A DNA stretch of 64,000 nucleotides. Source: Candidatus Sumerlaeia bacterium (lineage in GTDB: Bacteria > Sumerlaeota > Sumerlaeia > SLMS01 > JANRJK01). Where the stretch lies: NCBI GenBank assembly GCA_033764015.1, contig JANRJK010000036.1, positions 1 to 64,000 on the forward strand, written 5' to 3'. The notes under the pieces were generated by a model. The model ran no database searches. It worked only from the letters and a program-made list of their open reading frames with translations, and was not told where the DNA came from. Of the stretch, positions 47,521 to 56,458 are shown one piece after another. The first letter of the stretch is position 1. Every line of letters starts with the position of its first letter. A program made the position numbers and the translations under genes.

Positions 47521-48174
47521 TCAGGCGTCCGCGACGGGCAGTTCGATGTCGCCTGCATTGATCCGCGCGAGGAGCACCGCGAGCTGGACGTTCACTAGCC
47601 GCAGCCGCCGAAGGATCGAGGTCGCCTCAAGGATCGATTGGCGCGCGTAGGGGTCGAGCACCAGCACCTGTGCCGCGACGTCGGCGATGATGCCGGGGTG
47701 CAGGTGGGTGTTGAGCATGTTCTGCAGCGAGCGGTTCTTGGGGGCGATGGCGAGGCCGATCGTCTCCGCCAGGCGCACGCACTCCGCCGTGGCGATCGCG
47801 ACGTCGCGCTCCTCGCCGCCGGCGACGAGTTCGTCGAGGAGCGGCGCGAAGCAGACGCGCCGGAAGGAGTCGCCGTTCGGGCGGTCCTCCAGGACCTCGA
47901 TCCGTTCGGCGCCCTCCGCGAGCAGGTTGTAGCGGCCGTCGTCGGTGCGCTCGCTCCAAAGCACCCGCGCCACGGTGGCCACCCGGTGGATTCGCGGCGC
48001 GCCGTAGTAGTCCGCCTCGTAGCCGGGGCGGAGCTGCGCGAGGACGAGCTTCTTCGGGCCGGCCATGACCTCCTCCATCATCTCGCGGTACCGCGGCTCG
48101 AAGATGTGGAGCGGCGCGTGGCAGCGCGGGAACAGGACGAAGTTGGGGAGGGGAAAGAGGGGAAGCGTATCCAT
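47521..48174 (-). CDS. Lon protease N-terminal (substrate-binding) domain protein
   Basis: LPLFPLPNFVLFP, PLHIFEPRYREM and DGRYNLLAEGAER. Confidence 0.92.
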   Translation of the reverse strand: MDTLPLFPLPNFVLFPRCHAPLHIFEPRYREMMEEVMAGPKKLVLAQLRPGYEADYYGAPRIHRVATVARVLWSERTDDGRYNLLAEGAERIEVLEDRPNGDSFRRVCFAPLLDELVAGGEERDVAIATAECVRLAETIGLAIAPKNRSLQNMLNTHLHPGIIADVAAQVLVLDPYARQSILEATSILRRLRLVNVQLAVLLARINAGDIELPVADA

Positions 48175-48673
48175 TCGGTGCCGTGGGGATGGGGCTGCGC
48201 ACTGCGAAGCGCGGTTGTCGTCCTGCGCGCGCCTCCCGTCAAACCGCATTTGCCCGGAAGCGCACGGCGCTCTTGCGGTGCGACAAGCTGGCCAAGGCGC
48301 GGGGGCCACCGGCAAGCCGCCCGGCGGCACGGCTCGCCGCGGCGGTTCGCGGGGCGCTGCGGTCCCCTTATGCGCCACGGGGCATCCGGAGTATGGGGTC
48401 GGATCGTCCCGGTGTGCGGACCTCCGCACGTTGTTCGGGGCACTTCGCCCCACGCCGAAACATCGGCACACAATTGCAAAGAGTGTTGACATTCAAGGCC
48501 TCGGCGCGCGAACCTATCGCACGTTGCAGGCGGGCATCGGCCAGTGTGGGCGGTGGCGTTCAATGCGGAGGTGCTGTATCCCGAAGTCTCATTCGCGCAC
48601 AAGCCCTTTAATATCAGCGAAAAGAAGCCGCCGAGTGCTGGCGTCGCGGAAAAATGAGGGCCGCGAACGCACA

Positions 48674-48690
48674 CTGGCACAAAGAGTGCA
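48674..48690 (+). promoter_or_regulatory. Sigma54-type -24/-12 promoter candidate
   Basis: CTGGCACAAAGAGTGCA, with GG (48676-77) and GC (48688-89) separated by exactly 10 nt. Confidence 0.6.
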
Positions 48691-48700
48691 CAAGAAGGGC

Positions 48701-49021
48701 TCAGAAGGGCGGCCCGATCAGGCTAAACTTTCGGCACCGCCCCGGCACTAACCAAACGCGACGCGAGAAAGGCAGGTCAAACCACCTACACCGAAACCAT
48801 TAGCTCAGTCATGGTGACCGGTTCAAGCCAGGCAGAGGCGGTTCTCCCGGGGGTTAAAATCCCTGGGGCTATCCCACCGGAAGTACTATCCCCGCTCCCG
48901 AAAGGGACAACTTCCCACCGACAGCAAAACCCCTCCACCAACCAGCCCACCACCCAATCCCCTTTGTCTGGTCGGCGCCATTTCTTCAAGGGACCCCCGG
49001 TTCGCCGGGGGTTTCTTGTTT
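48701..49021 (+). ncRNA. Candidate structured non-coding RNA (about 320 nt)
   Basis: No credible plus-strand CDS here; multiple hairpins; five CCACC motifs; plus-strand intrinsic terminator; upstream sigma54 motif. Confidence 0.55.
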
Positions 49022-49022
49022 C
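48992..49022 (+). terminator. Rho-independent terminator (plus-strand orientation)
   Basis: gacccccgg-ttcg-ccgggggtt followed by tcttgtttt. Confidence 0.8.
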
Positions 49023-49915
49023 TAGGCCCTCCGCCGCGTCTTCCGCCAGCCTTCCAGCCGCCCCAGCAGGATCCCCGTGAGCCACACCGCGTCATAGAGC
49101 GGCGTTCGGCGCTCGGGCCCGTTCGGCGCCGCGAGGGCGATCCACGGTCCCGCGAAGGGAAGCGCCGCGAGCCAACGGATCGCTTGCCAGTCGGGTGGGA
49201 ATCCGCCGGGGACCTTGGCGCGGTGCTTCGCGTACAGCTGGTAGCCGCCGCGGCCGTAGTCGCGGGCTTGGCGGAAGAAACCGCGGAAGGTGTCGCGGTG
49301 GCGGTGCTTCACGACCGCCTCCGGCACATACACCATGCGGCCCCCGCCTTCCATCACGCGCCAGCAAAGATCAGCGTCCTCAGGGGTCCACAGCTCCTCG
49401 TCGAACCCGCCCACGCGTTCCAGGTCCGCCCGCCGGTAGGCGGCGTTCGCCGTCGCGAAGAATGGCGGAAAGGGATCGCGGGCTCCGAAGAACACCTCGT
49501 TGTCGAGCAGCCGACGGGTCGCCACATACCACGCGACCCCGCTCTCCGTACGCAACGTATCGATCCTTCCGCCGACCGCGCGCACGTCGGGATCGGCGAA
49601 CGGCGCCACGAGGGCAGCAAGCCAGCCGGGGTCCGGCACGCAATCGCTGTCGGTGAAGGCGACCAGTTCGCCGCGCGCGCCGCGGATGCCGGCGTTGCGC
49701 GCGGCGGCGGGGCCGCGGCGCGCGCAATCGACAAGTCGCGCGCTCTCGACCGCCGCCAACGCCTCGCGGGTGCCGTCCGTCGAGCCATTGTCCACCACGA
49801 CGACTTCGGCACCGGGGATCGCGCGGGCTTCGCGGAGGACAGCCTCGAGGCAGCGCGGCACGTCCGCGACGCGGTTGTGGAACGGAACGACGACGGAGAC
49901 GGGCGGAGCGGTCAC
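49022..49915 (-). CDS. Family 2 glycosyltransferase
   Basis: VSVVVPFHN, VVDNGSTD, AARNAG, FTDSDC, GGFDE and EDADL. Confidence 0.92.
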   Translation of the reverse strand: MTAPPVSVVVPFHNRVADVPRCLEAVLREARAIPGAEVVVVDNGSTDGTREALAAVESARLVDCARRGPAAARNAGIRGARGELVAFTDSDCVPDPGWLAALVAPFADPDVRAVGGRIDTLRTESGVAWYVATRRLLDNEVFFGARDPFPPFFATANAAYRRADLERVGGFDEELWTPEDADLCWRVMEGGGRMVYVPEAVVKHRHRDTFRGFFRQARDYGRGGYQLYAKHRAKVPGGFPPDWQAIRWLAALPFAGPWIALAAPNGPERRTPLYDAVWLTGILLGRLEGWRKTRRRA

Positions 49916-50127
49916 GCGTCGCGCCGGCCCATGCGCTGGTCGCGCGCGATGAGGAGGCGCACGACGATTACTGTCGCGGCCCCGACCAGTAGCGCCAGCG
50001 GGAGCAGCAGGAGGTGCAACCCAACGAGGACTCCGGCAAGGACCGGGCCTCCACCTCCGAGACGCGCGCGGCGGCGGGGCCAAAGCGCGCCCGGCGCCAC
50101 GTCGAAGGCGCGCGGCCCCTCCATCAT
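49912..50127 (-). CDS. Small membrane protein
   Basis: Overlaps both neighbouring GT genes by 4 bp; long hydrophobic stretch. Confidence 0.6.
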   Translation of the reverse strand: MMEGPRAFDVAPGALWPRRRARLGGGGPVLAGVLVGLHLLLLPLALLVGAATVIVVRLLIARDQRMGRRDA

Positions 50128-51542
50128 CGAAACGTGAAGTAGTCGACCGGCGGTAGCGGACGATTAACGAGCGCGCGGGTCCACTTGGCGGCAAGCCGCC
50201 GGTTGCGCCAGCGCCCGACGGCTAGCCGCGCGGTGCGCCGCAAGTCTCGTCGGCGCACCTCGAGTTCACCTTTTTCGTCCACTCGGATCGTATAGGGGAG
50301 GAGCTCTTCATAGAAGTAGCGCGGCACCCAGGATTGGGAAACCGTGGCCTGGTACTGGAGCGGGAGGCGAACCAGCAGCTTCAGTCTGCTCACCAGCGTC
50401 GAGGCGAAGATGCGCCGCCTGTTTGGGAAGCGCTCGCGGAGGACGTCGGCGTGGTCGGTGAACAACAGGGTGTCGAGGCGCAGCCCGGGGTAGCGCTTGT
50501 GGACGACGGCCATGGCCGCCCGGGCGGACTCGGGATCGGCGGTCAGCATGAAGCCCGCGCGGCGCAGGCGGGGTGGCGCCGTGCCGGCGGCCGGCCGCGG
50601 CTTGGGAGCGTCCGCCAACTCGGGGGGAGGCGGACCCATGCGCCCGCGCAGGGCATCGCGCAGACCCAGCCGGGCGATGTAGACTTGATCCGCCTTCCCA
50701 GCCTCCCGCGAGTTGTCGGTGAGGTTCAACGCGCGCTCTAGGTGGAGCCGGAGCAGCGGCTCCAGGCGATCCTTGGGCGCGTTGCGCCGGAGGAAGTAGA
50801 AGAAGTTCCTCAGCCCGATGTACTGCATCAACAAGCCGGACTTCACGCGGCGGTTCTGGAAGCTCTCATGGCGGACCTGCGACTCGGTCGTGGAGCGGAC
50901 GGTCCAGCCCGCGCGCTTCATGCGGATGCCCCACTCCATGTCGTCCCACAGGACAAAGTACTCCTGGTCCCAAATGCCGACTTGGCGGACCGCATCGACG
51001 CGGGCGAGGAGGGAGCAGGCCGCGACCCAGTCGGCGTCGAATCTGGCGCCGGCGGGGAGTTTCGCCAGCGGCCCCTCGCCGATGCGGGTCACACGGGCGT
51101 CGGTCCAGTCGATGCGGGCGCCGCATTCCTGCACCTGGCCGGGATCGTCGAGCAGTAGCAGCGTCGATCCCGCGAGCGCGCACTTCGGCTCCTCCCTCAT
51201 CACGCGCAGCAGCCCGTCGAGCGCGCCCGGATGGACCACGACATCGTTGTCGAGCAGCCACAGGAACTGGTAGCCCTTCGGGTCGCCCAGCCCGATGCGC
51301 ATCCCCGTGTTGAAGCCTCCCGCTCCGCCGATGTTGCGCGGCGTCACATGGAGGCGAACCTCCGGGAAGTCGTTGCGGACCATTTCCGCCGAGCCGTCCG
51401 TGCTGGCGTTGTCCACGACGAGGATGTCGAAGGGCGCGCCGCCAAGGCGGCGCAGCGAGGCGAGCAGATCGCGGAGGCAGGTCCTCTTGTTCCAGTTAAC
51501 CACGATGGCGAGGACGTTTGCCGGGGCTGCGGAAGAGGTCAT
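50124..51542 (-). CDS. Family 2 glycosyltransferase with C-terminal extension
   Basis: IVVNWN, VVDNASTDGS, GGAGGFNTG, LLDNDV and YFVLWDDMEW. Confidence 0.92.
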   Translation of the reverse strand: MTSSAAPANVLAIVVNWNKRTCLRDLLASLRRLGGAPFDILVVDNASTDGSAEMVRNDFPEVRLHVTPRNIGGAGGFNTGMRIGLGDPKGYQFLWLLDNDVVVHPGALDGLLRVMREEPKCALAGSTLLLLDDPGQVQECGARIDWTDARVTRIGEGPLAKLPAGARFDADWVAACSLLARVDAVRQVGIWDQEYFVLWDDMEWGIRMKRAGWTVRSTTESQVRHESFQNRRVKSGLLMQYIGLRNFFYFLRRNAPKDRLEPLLRLHLERALNLTDNSREAGKADQVYIARLGLRDALRGRMGPPPPELADAPKPRPAAGTAPPRLRRAGFMLTADPESARAAMAVVHKRYPGLRLDTLLFTDHADVLRERFPNRRRIFASTLVSRLKLLVRLPLQYQATVSQSWVPRYFYEELLPYTIRVDEKGELEVRRRDLRRTARLAVGRWRNRRLAAKWTRALVNRPLPPVDYFTFR

Positions 51543-51675
51543 GGAATCGGGTTTCGCCGGGAGTGCTGTTGCGAGTTGAAATCGCGCGCGGGCTGGGAGA
51601 TGCTTTGGCGCCTTTGATGCTGCCCTCAGCGCCTAGGCAGACTTTTTCCGCCCACACCTCTGACCGAAGCAAGAC

Positions 51676-52422
51676 ATGAAGGTAGCGATCTACAGGTCCT
51701 CCGCCGATGCCGTGAACGAGTGCGTCGCCGCGCTGCTCGGCACGCCGGAGTGGGCTGTGGAGGAACTGCTCCTCGCCACCGGCATCGATACCGGGCGCGC
51801 CGGTTCCGGCGATGCCGCGCCGGAGGAGGGCGACGCTCCTTGGACGTCCGCGGCCTTCGACCCGGAGGAGATCCCCGGGGTGCCAAAACCGCGCGTCGCC
51901 TCGGAGGAAGCCGACTTCCCGGCGCACCGGATGTCCGCGGTCGTCGTCCAGCTGCGCCAATGGAACACCGGCGCCACGCTCGCCGAGGTCCTCGGCGACG
52001 GCTGGTGGCGCTTCCTCTCGGAGGACGGCGAAGAGCGGTACGTGGACACCGCGGCGGAGGAGGGCGCCAACCGCCCGCCCCGGCTGCTGCTCGAACGGCG
52101 AGGCGGGATGCTCTTCATCGCCGGCGGCGGCTCGTCGCCGAGCTGGACCGCCGCCCGCCACGAAGGGCGCCTCCATCTGGTCGACCAGGCGGGGGGCGAG
52201 CCGCAAGCCGGCGTGTTCTTCATCCCCGACGCAAAGGTCGAAACAATCGCCTGCCAGCTCCTTCAATCGCTCCGCGAACAGGTCCGCGTGCTCGGTGTCG
52301 GCATCCGCCGCGGGGACTCACCGGACGAGGGCAAGCTGCGCCTTGCGCTGCTCTTCATGGACACGGACCCGGACGATTCCGCGGAGCCGCCCGCCCCCGA
52401 GAACGACGACACGTTGTTCTAG
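51676..52422 (+). CDS. Hypothetical protein
   Basis: Protein-like ORF with codon usage typical of the window. C-terminal VRVLGVGI...LALLFMD is weakly PilZ-like. Confidence 0.7.
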   Translation: MKVAIYRSSADAVNECVAALLGTPEWAVEELLLATGIDTGRAGSGDAAPEEGDAPWTSAAFDPEEIPGVPKPRVASEEADFPAHRMSAVVVQLRQWNTGATLAEVLGDGWWRFLSEDGEERYVDTAAEEGANRPPRLLLERRGGMLFIAGGGSSPSWTAARHEGRLHLVDQAGGEPQAGVFFIPDAKVETIACQLLQSLREQVRVLGVGIRRGDSPDEGKLRLALLFMDTDPDDSAEPPAPENDDTLF

Positions 52423-52558
52423 GACTGGGCACCGTGTTGAACCGTGTTGGTGCATCGCCCGCACCTTTAGGAACGCCCCCCATCCGGCACCCTGGGCTCG
52501 CCAAGCAGCAAACAAAGCAGTATCAACATTTCGCGCGTTGACATGCACCCCGGCGGCG

Positions 52559-52575
52559 TTGGCGGGCATGTTGCC
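52559..52575 (+). promoter_or_regulatory. Sigma54-type promoter candidate (IHF-like site and tandem repeat lie upstream)
   Basis: TTGGCGGGCATGTTGCC (GG-N10-GC); TATCAACATTTCG at 52521-52533; ACCGTGTTG twice at 52431-52449. Confidence 0.5.
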
Positions 52576-52617
52576 ACTAGGAATCACGCAGCATCCTCCA
52601 CGAAAAGGACCCGCACC

Positions 52618-53535
52618 ATGACCCGCACCATCTTGGCCGCCACGATCTTGGCCATCGCCCTTGGCGGCACCGCGACCGCCCAGCAGGACAACCGCGCCCG
52701 GATGCGCGACCGCTCCGCCGCCGTGCGCGAGCAGATGAACTCCCAGAAGCAGGCCGCCAGCGCGGTGCCCACGGAGTCGGGCACCCGCAGCATCACCTAC
52801 AACGTCAACGGCCAGACGTACACACGCTACTTCACCACCACCGTCGACGAAACCGGCGCCGTGCGCGTGATCGAAACGACCGGTCCGGACGGGAAGACGG
52901 CAGTCACGAACCAAAGCTGGTCCCGGGGCGAGGATGGCTCGGCCAAGCTCTCGTCGACTACCACCGGGCCCGGTGGGAAGACCTCCTCGTCGGAGACCGA
53001 GTGGATCATGAACGAGCTCGGCTATACCAAGACCACCACCTCGACCGGCCCCGGCGGTCGCACCGCCACCGGCGTGACGAACCGCACCCGCACCGAGAAC
53101 GGTTGGGACTCGAACAGCGTCTTCACCGGACCGGACGGGAACCAGTACACGGTCGACAGCAACTTCACCCGCAACGGTGACGGCACCGCAACGCGCACCC
53201 GCACCGGGACCGGGCCGAATGGCCAGCAGGTCGTGTCGACCGACACCTGGACGAAGACGGAGAACGGCTACCAGCGCACGCGGGTGACCGAAGGGCCGAA
53301 CGGCGGCACCTCGACCGCCACGCGCGATGTCACCCGCGACGGCAACAACGTCACCATTGACCAGTCGCGCGAGCGCACGCGTCCCGAGGGCGGTACGAAG
53401 CCCGCCGCGAGGGAAGGCGCCGCCAAGAAGGCGGAAGGCGCAAAGGGCAAGGCGGACGGCGCGAAGAAGAACAAGGATGGTGCCAAGCAGAAGAAGGGCG
53501 GCACCGGGGGCCGCAACCGGAAGCCGAAGAGCTAG
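52618..53535 (+). CDS. Secreted Thr/Gly-rich repeat protein with a Lys-rich tail
   Basis: Signal peptide; six (T/E)GP(D/G/N)G turns; basic C-terminus. Confidence 0.85.
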   Translation: MTRTILAATILAIALGGTATAQQDNRARMRDRSAAVREQMNSQKQAASAVPTESGTRSITYNVNGQTYTRYFTTTVDETGAVRVIETTGPDGKTAVTNQSWSRGEDGSAKLSSTTTGPGGKTSSSETEWIMNELGYTKTTTSTGPGGRTATGVTNRTRTENGWDSNSVFTGPDGNQYTVDSNFTRNGDGTATRTRTGTGPNGQQVVSTDTWTKTENGYQRTRVTEGPNGGTSTATRDVTRDGNNVTIDQSRERTRPEGGTKPAAREGAAKKAEGAKGKADGAKKNKDGAKQKKGGTGGRNRKPKS

Positions 53536-54422
53536 GCCTCGATGGCGACCTTGCGCACGGTGGTGCCGGACTTGCCGCCGCGTTTCGTTTCAAACATGAG
53601 GCGGTTGGCCTGCTCCATGAACTCCTCGATGCCGGAGGGCGGGGCATCGAAGCAGGCCGCGCCGATCGACACGGAGATGCGTCCCCGGTCCAGCGGGTCC
53701 GCGGCGAGCAGCAGCGCTTGCAGGTCGCGGCAGAACTTCGCGGCGGCGGTTTCGTCGGCTCCGTTGAGGAGCACGGCGAACTCGTCGCCGCCGACGCGCG
53801 CCGCCACGTCGGATCGACGGGTGCGCTTGGCGAGCGCGCGGCCCACGGCGCGCAGCAAATCGTCGCCGCCCGAGTGGCCCCGGGCGTCGTTCACCGCCTT
53901 GAAATTGTCCACATCGAGATAGACCATCGCGAGCGGCCCCGGGTTGCGGCGGAGCAGGTCCATGAGGTCGGCGGCTCGCTGCTCGAAGCCCCGGCGGTTG
54001 AGCAAACCCGTGAGGGGGTCGTTCATCGCGAGGGCGAGCAGTTCATCCCTCATGCGCCTTACCATGCCGATCAGGTATGCGACGGCGAGAAAGGACAAAA
54101 ACATGGCGGGGATGTTCCAGAAGAGAACGCGCAGATCGTCCGGAAGCGGGTTGGCGAGGTAGTTCGCAACGCTCCAAGCGAGGCCGGATGCAAACGCGCA
54201 CAGTAGGCCGGCGGGAGTGCCCTTCCCCCAGCCGGCTATGGCGATGGGGAAAAAGTATAGGATGAAGAGTCGCAAATCGAAGGGCGTCAGGGAATCGGCG
54301 GCGGCGACGATCGCGATCAACGCGGCACACACGGCTGCCGTGGCGGCGGGTCGGAGCGACTCGACCCAAGCGAGTACCGGAGGCGAGGATCCGGTGGTGG
54401 TGTTGGAGCGGAGTTCGTGCAT
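53532..54422 (-). CDS. Membrane-bound diguanylate cyclase (GGDEF)
   Basis: N-terminal TM helices; DPLTGLLNRR, DVDNFKAVND and RRSDVAARVGGDEF (RxxD I-site present). Confidence 0.95.
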   Translation of the reverse strand: MHELRSNTTTGSSPPVLAWVESLRPAATAAVCAALIAIVAAADSLTPFDLRLFILYFFPIAIAGWGKGTPAGLLCAFASGLAWSVANYLANPLPDDLRVLFWNIPAMFLSFLAVAYLIGMVRRMRDELLALAMNDPLTGLLNRRGFEQRAADLMDLLRRNPGPLAMVYLDVDNFKAVNDARGHSGGDDLLRAVGRALAKRTRRSDVAARVGGDEFAVLLNGADETAAAKFCRDLQALLLAADPLDRGRISVSIGAACFDAPPSGIEEFMEQANRLMFETKRGGKSGTTVRKVAIEA

Positions 54423-54503
54423 GGAGCGGTCCCCGGTGGCGGGGCGGTTTGGGAGCCACCCATGCCATGGTTGCCTAGCACAGGCGCCGCGGAATGGAAA
54501 GCT

Positions 54504-54904
54504 GGAAGAGGGCGTGTAAGCCGAATCCTGTGCGCCGCCCTTGCGGGCGCCGCCGCGGCCATTCCTCTAGGACGCCGGTCGCCCGGCGCCTCAAGCAACC
54601 TACCCGCAGGTTCCGCCCGCCTTGCGACGGGCACCGGGCCGGGCCGGCCCTCCCCTGCCTATTTGGTCTTGCTTCCGGTGGGGTTTTGCACGCGGACGCG
54701 TTGCCGTGCCGCGGGTGCGCTCTTACCGCACCATTTCACCCTTGCCTGATCCCGGGCTTTCGCCCTGGCCATCGGCGGTGTGTTTTCTGTTCCACTTTCC
54801 GTCGGGTCGCCCCGCCCAGGCGTTACCTGGCACCGTGCCCTGCGAAGTTCGGACTTTCCTCCGGCGCCTGTTTACGGACGCCGACGGCCGCGCCGCCCTC
54901 TTCC
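54504..54904 (-). ncRNA. rnpB: RNase P RNA, bacterial type A
   Basis: Minus strand contains GAGGAAAGTCCG, GGTGCCAGGTAACGCCTGG, GGTAAGAGC and ACAGGATTCGGCTTAC; 14-bp terminal P1 complementarity (54501-54514 with 54894-54907). Confidence 0.96.
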
Positions 54905-54961
54905 AGCGCGGGAGAATGGCGCGGGCATGCGGCGTTTGGCAAGCGCCGATGGCGTCCGGCG

Positions 54962-56170
54962 TCAGCGCACCACGAATCCCCCGGCGGGACCCCGCGCGGG
55001 GAGCTCGTACACCCACACGCGCCCGCCGTCGTCCGGCGATGTGTCGGAGGACGGCGCGCCCACGTAAATCGTCCGCCCGTCGACGGCGATCGCCTCGCCC
55101 GCGGCACCGAAGGTTCGACCGGTTCCTTCGGGGAAAGTGAGGGAGCCGAGCAGCGCGCCCGTCGAGGGGTCGTGCCGGTAGACGATGCCCTTGCGGGTCT
55201 GCACCGCGTCGAACGGTCCGCGCGGTGTGCCGACCAGGAGCGCGCCTTCGGCATCCGTCGCGACGGCGGCGCCGAACCGGTCGTTGCGCCGGTTCGGCGA
55301 AGCGAGTCCGGGGCTGCGGAGCGTGGTGATGGGCAGCGGGTCGGTGCCGGCGAAAATGTACAGATAGCCGTAGGGAATCCCGTCGTCGTAGCCAGGCGCG
55401 ACCGCGAGGCCGGCGGGTGTCAGCGCCAGCGCCGCGCCGAGCAGGTTCTGCCCCTCCGTGGCGTCAGGGTAGGTGGCCAGCGGCGCGCCGTCGGACAAGC
55501 GGACGGCGTAGGCTTCACCCCCGCCAGGGGTGGAACCGGTCGTCGCGTAGATGGCGCCCGCGTAGAGGACTCCGTTCGAGATCAGCAGCGAGTTGCCGAA
55601 GCCGAAGCCGCCGAAGGTCTGGTTCGCGTTCTGGATCGTGCGCAGGTAGGCGCCGCTGTCGGCGCGGTAGAGGTGGACCACCCCCTTCGCCTTGGCCCCG
55701 GAGTCCTCGAACAAGTCCGACACGGCGATGACCTCGCCGTCCGAGGCGACCGCGGCTCCGAAGCCGCCACTGCGGTCGTCAGGGTCGGCGAGATTGGCGA
55801 TGAGGCCGCCGGAAGGCACGGCGTAGAGCGCCGCGGAACCACCGGAGAGATAGTTCGATGCGACGAGCCGCCCGGGTCCTGCGGCGGCCATCGAGATGGG
55901 AAACTGGAAGGCGCCCTGGGGCGCGTCGATCCGGGCGAGTTGCTGCCCCGTTCCGGGGTCGAGGATGTAGACGGCGCCGTTGCCCCGGCCCCGCGCGCCG
56001 ACCGCGAGGTGGGACCCGACGACGGCCAGCCGCGCACCGAATTCGTCGCCGGCGGCCGACTCGGGCACGGTGACCTCACGCACGGGAAACAGGTCCGCTT
56101 GGGCGGGAAGGCGCGGGCAGAGGGCGGGGAGGGCGGCGGCGAGCAGCAAGGCACGACTGGCGGAGCGCAT
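54962..56170 (-). CDS. Secreted FG-GAP-like beta-propeller protein
   Basis: Signal peptide; repeated FGxxxA...VGA...GxVY units; ends GPAGGFVVR. Confidence 0.85.
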   Translation of the reverse strand: MRSASRALLLAAALPALCPRLPAQADLFPVREVTVPESAAGDEFGARLAVVGSHLAVGARGRGNGAVYILDPGTGQQLARIDAPQGAFQFPISMAAAGPGRLVASNYLSGGSAALYAVPSGGLIANLADPDDRSGGFGAAVASDGEVIAVSDLFEDSGAKAKGVVHLYRADSGAYLRTIQNANQTFGGFGFGNSLLISNGVLYAGAIYATTGSTPGGGEAYAVRLSDGAPLATYPDATEGQNLLGAALALTPAGLAVAPGYDDGIPYGYLYIFAGTDPLPITTLRSPGLASPNRRNDRFGAAVATDAEGALLVGTPRGPFDAVQTRKGIVYRHDPSTGALLGSLTFPEGTGRTFGAAGEAIAVDGRTIYVGAPSSDTSPDDGGRVWVYELPARGPAGGFVVR

Positions 56171-56458
56171 GGCGGGACTCCCGGAATGGAAAGAAAACTC
56201 CCCCCGAGGGGGCCCGGGGGGAGCAGGTCGGTGACTTCGGATGCTGCCTCGTCTCAGATGGCCGAGAGTGCGATCACCCGAACGAGGGCAGTTAGGAATC
56301 TGCCACCTCGCTGTAAGGCCAGGTACTGCACATCGGACCACCTCCTTTCCCAGCGTTGCCGCTGTCAAAACCGATTCCGCCGTTACCGTCAAGAGCGGAA
56401 TGGGGGGTGCCGCGATTTTTTTTCACAGCTTCGCGGCCGAGGAGGCGGGAAGCCGGAA

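Noticed and set aside
48463..48478. Second sigma54-like motif TCGGCACACAATTGCA
   Set aside because: Only 9 nt separate GG and GC; sigma54 requires 10.
48563..48751. 62-aa basic ORF (MRRCCIPK...) and other short ORFs in the 48175-49021 gap
   Set aside because: No RBS, atypical codon usage and no recognisable motif.
48795..48880. tRNA-like fragments (tagctcagt, ggttcaagcc, gggttaaaatccc)
   Set aside because: No cloverleaf with correct arm spacing or acceptor stem can be built; treated as part of the candidate ncRNA.
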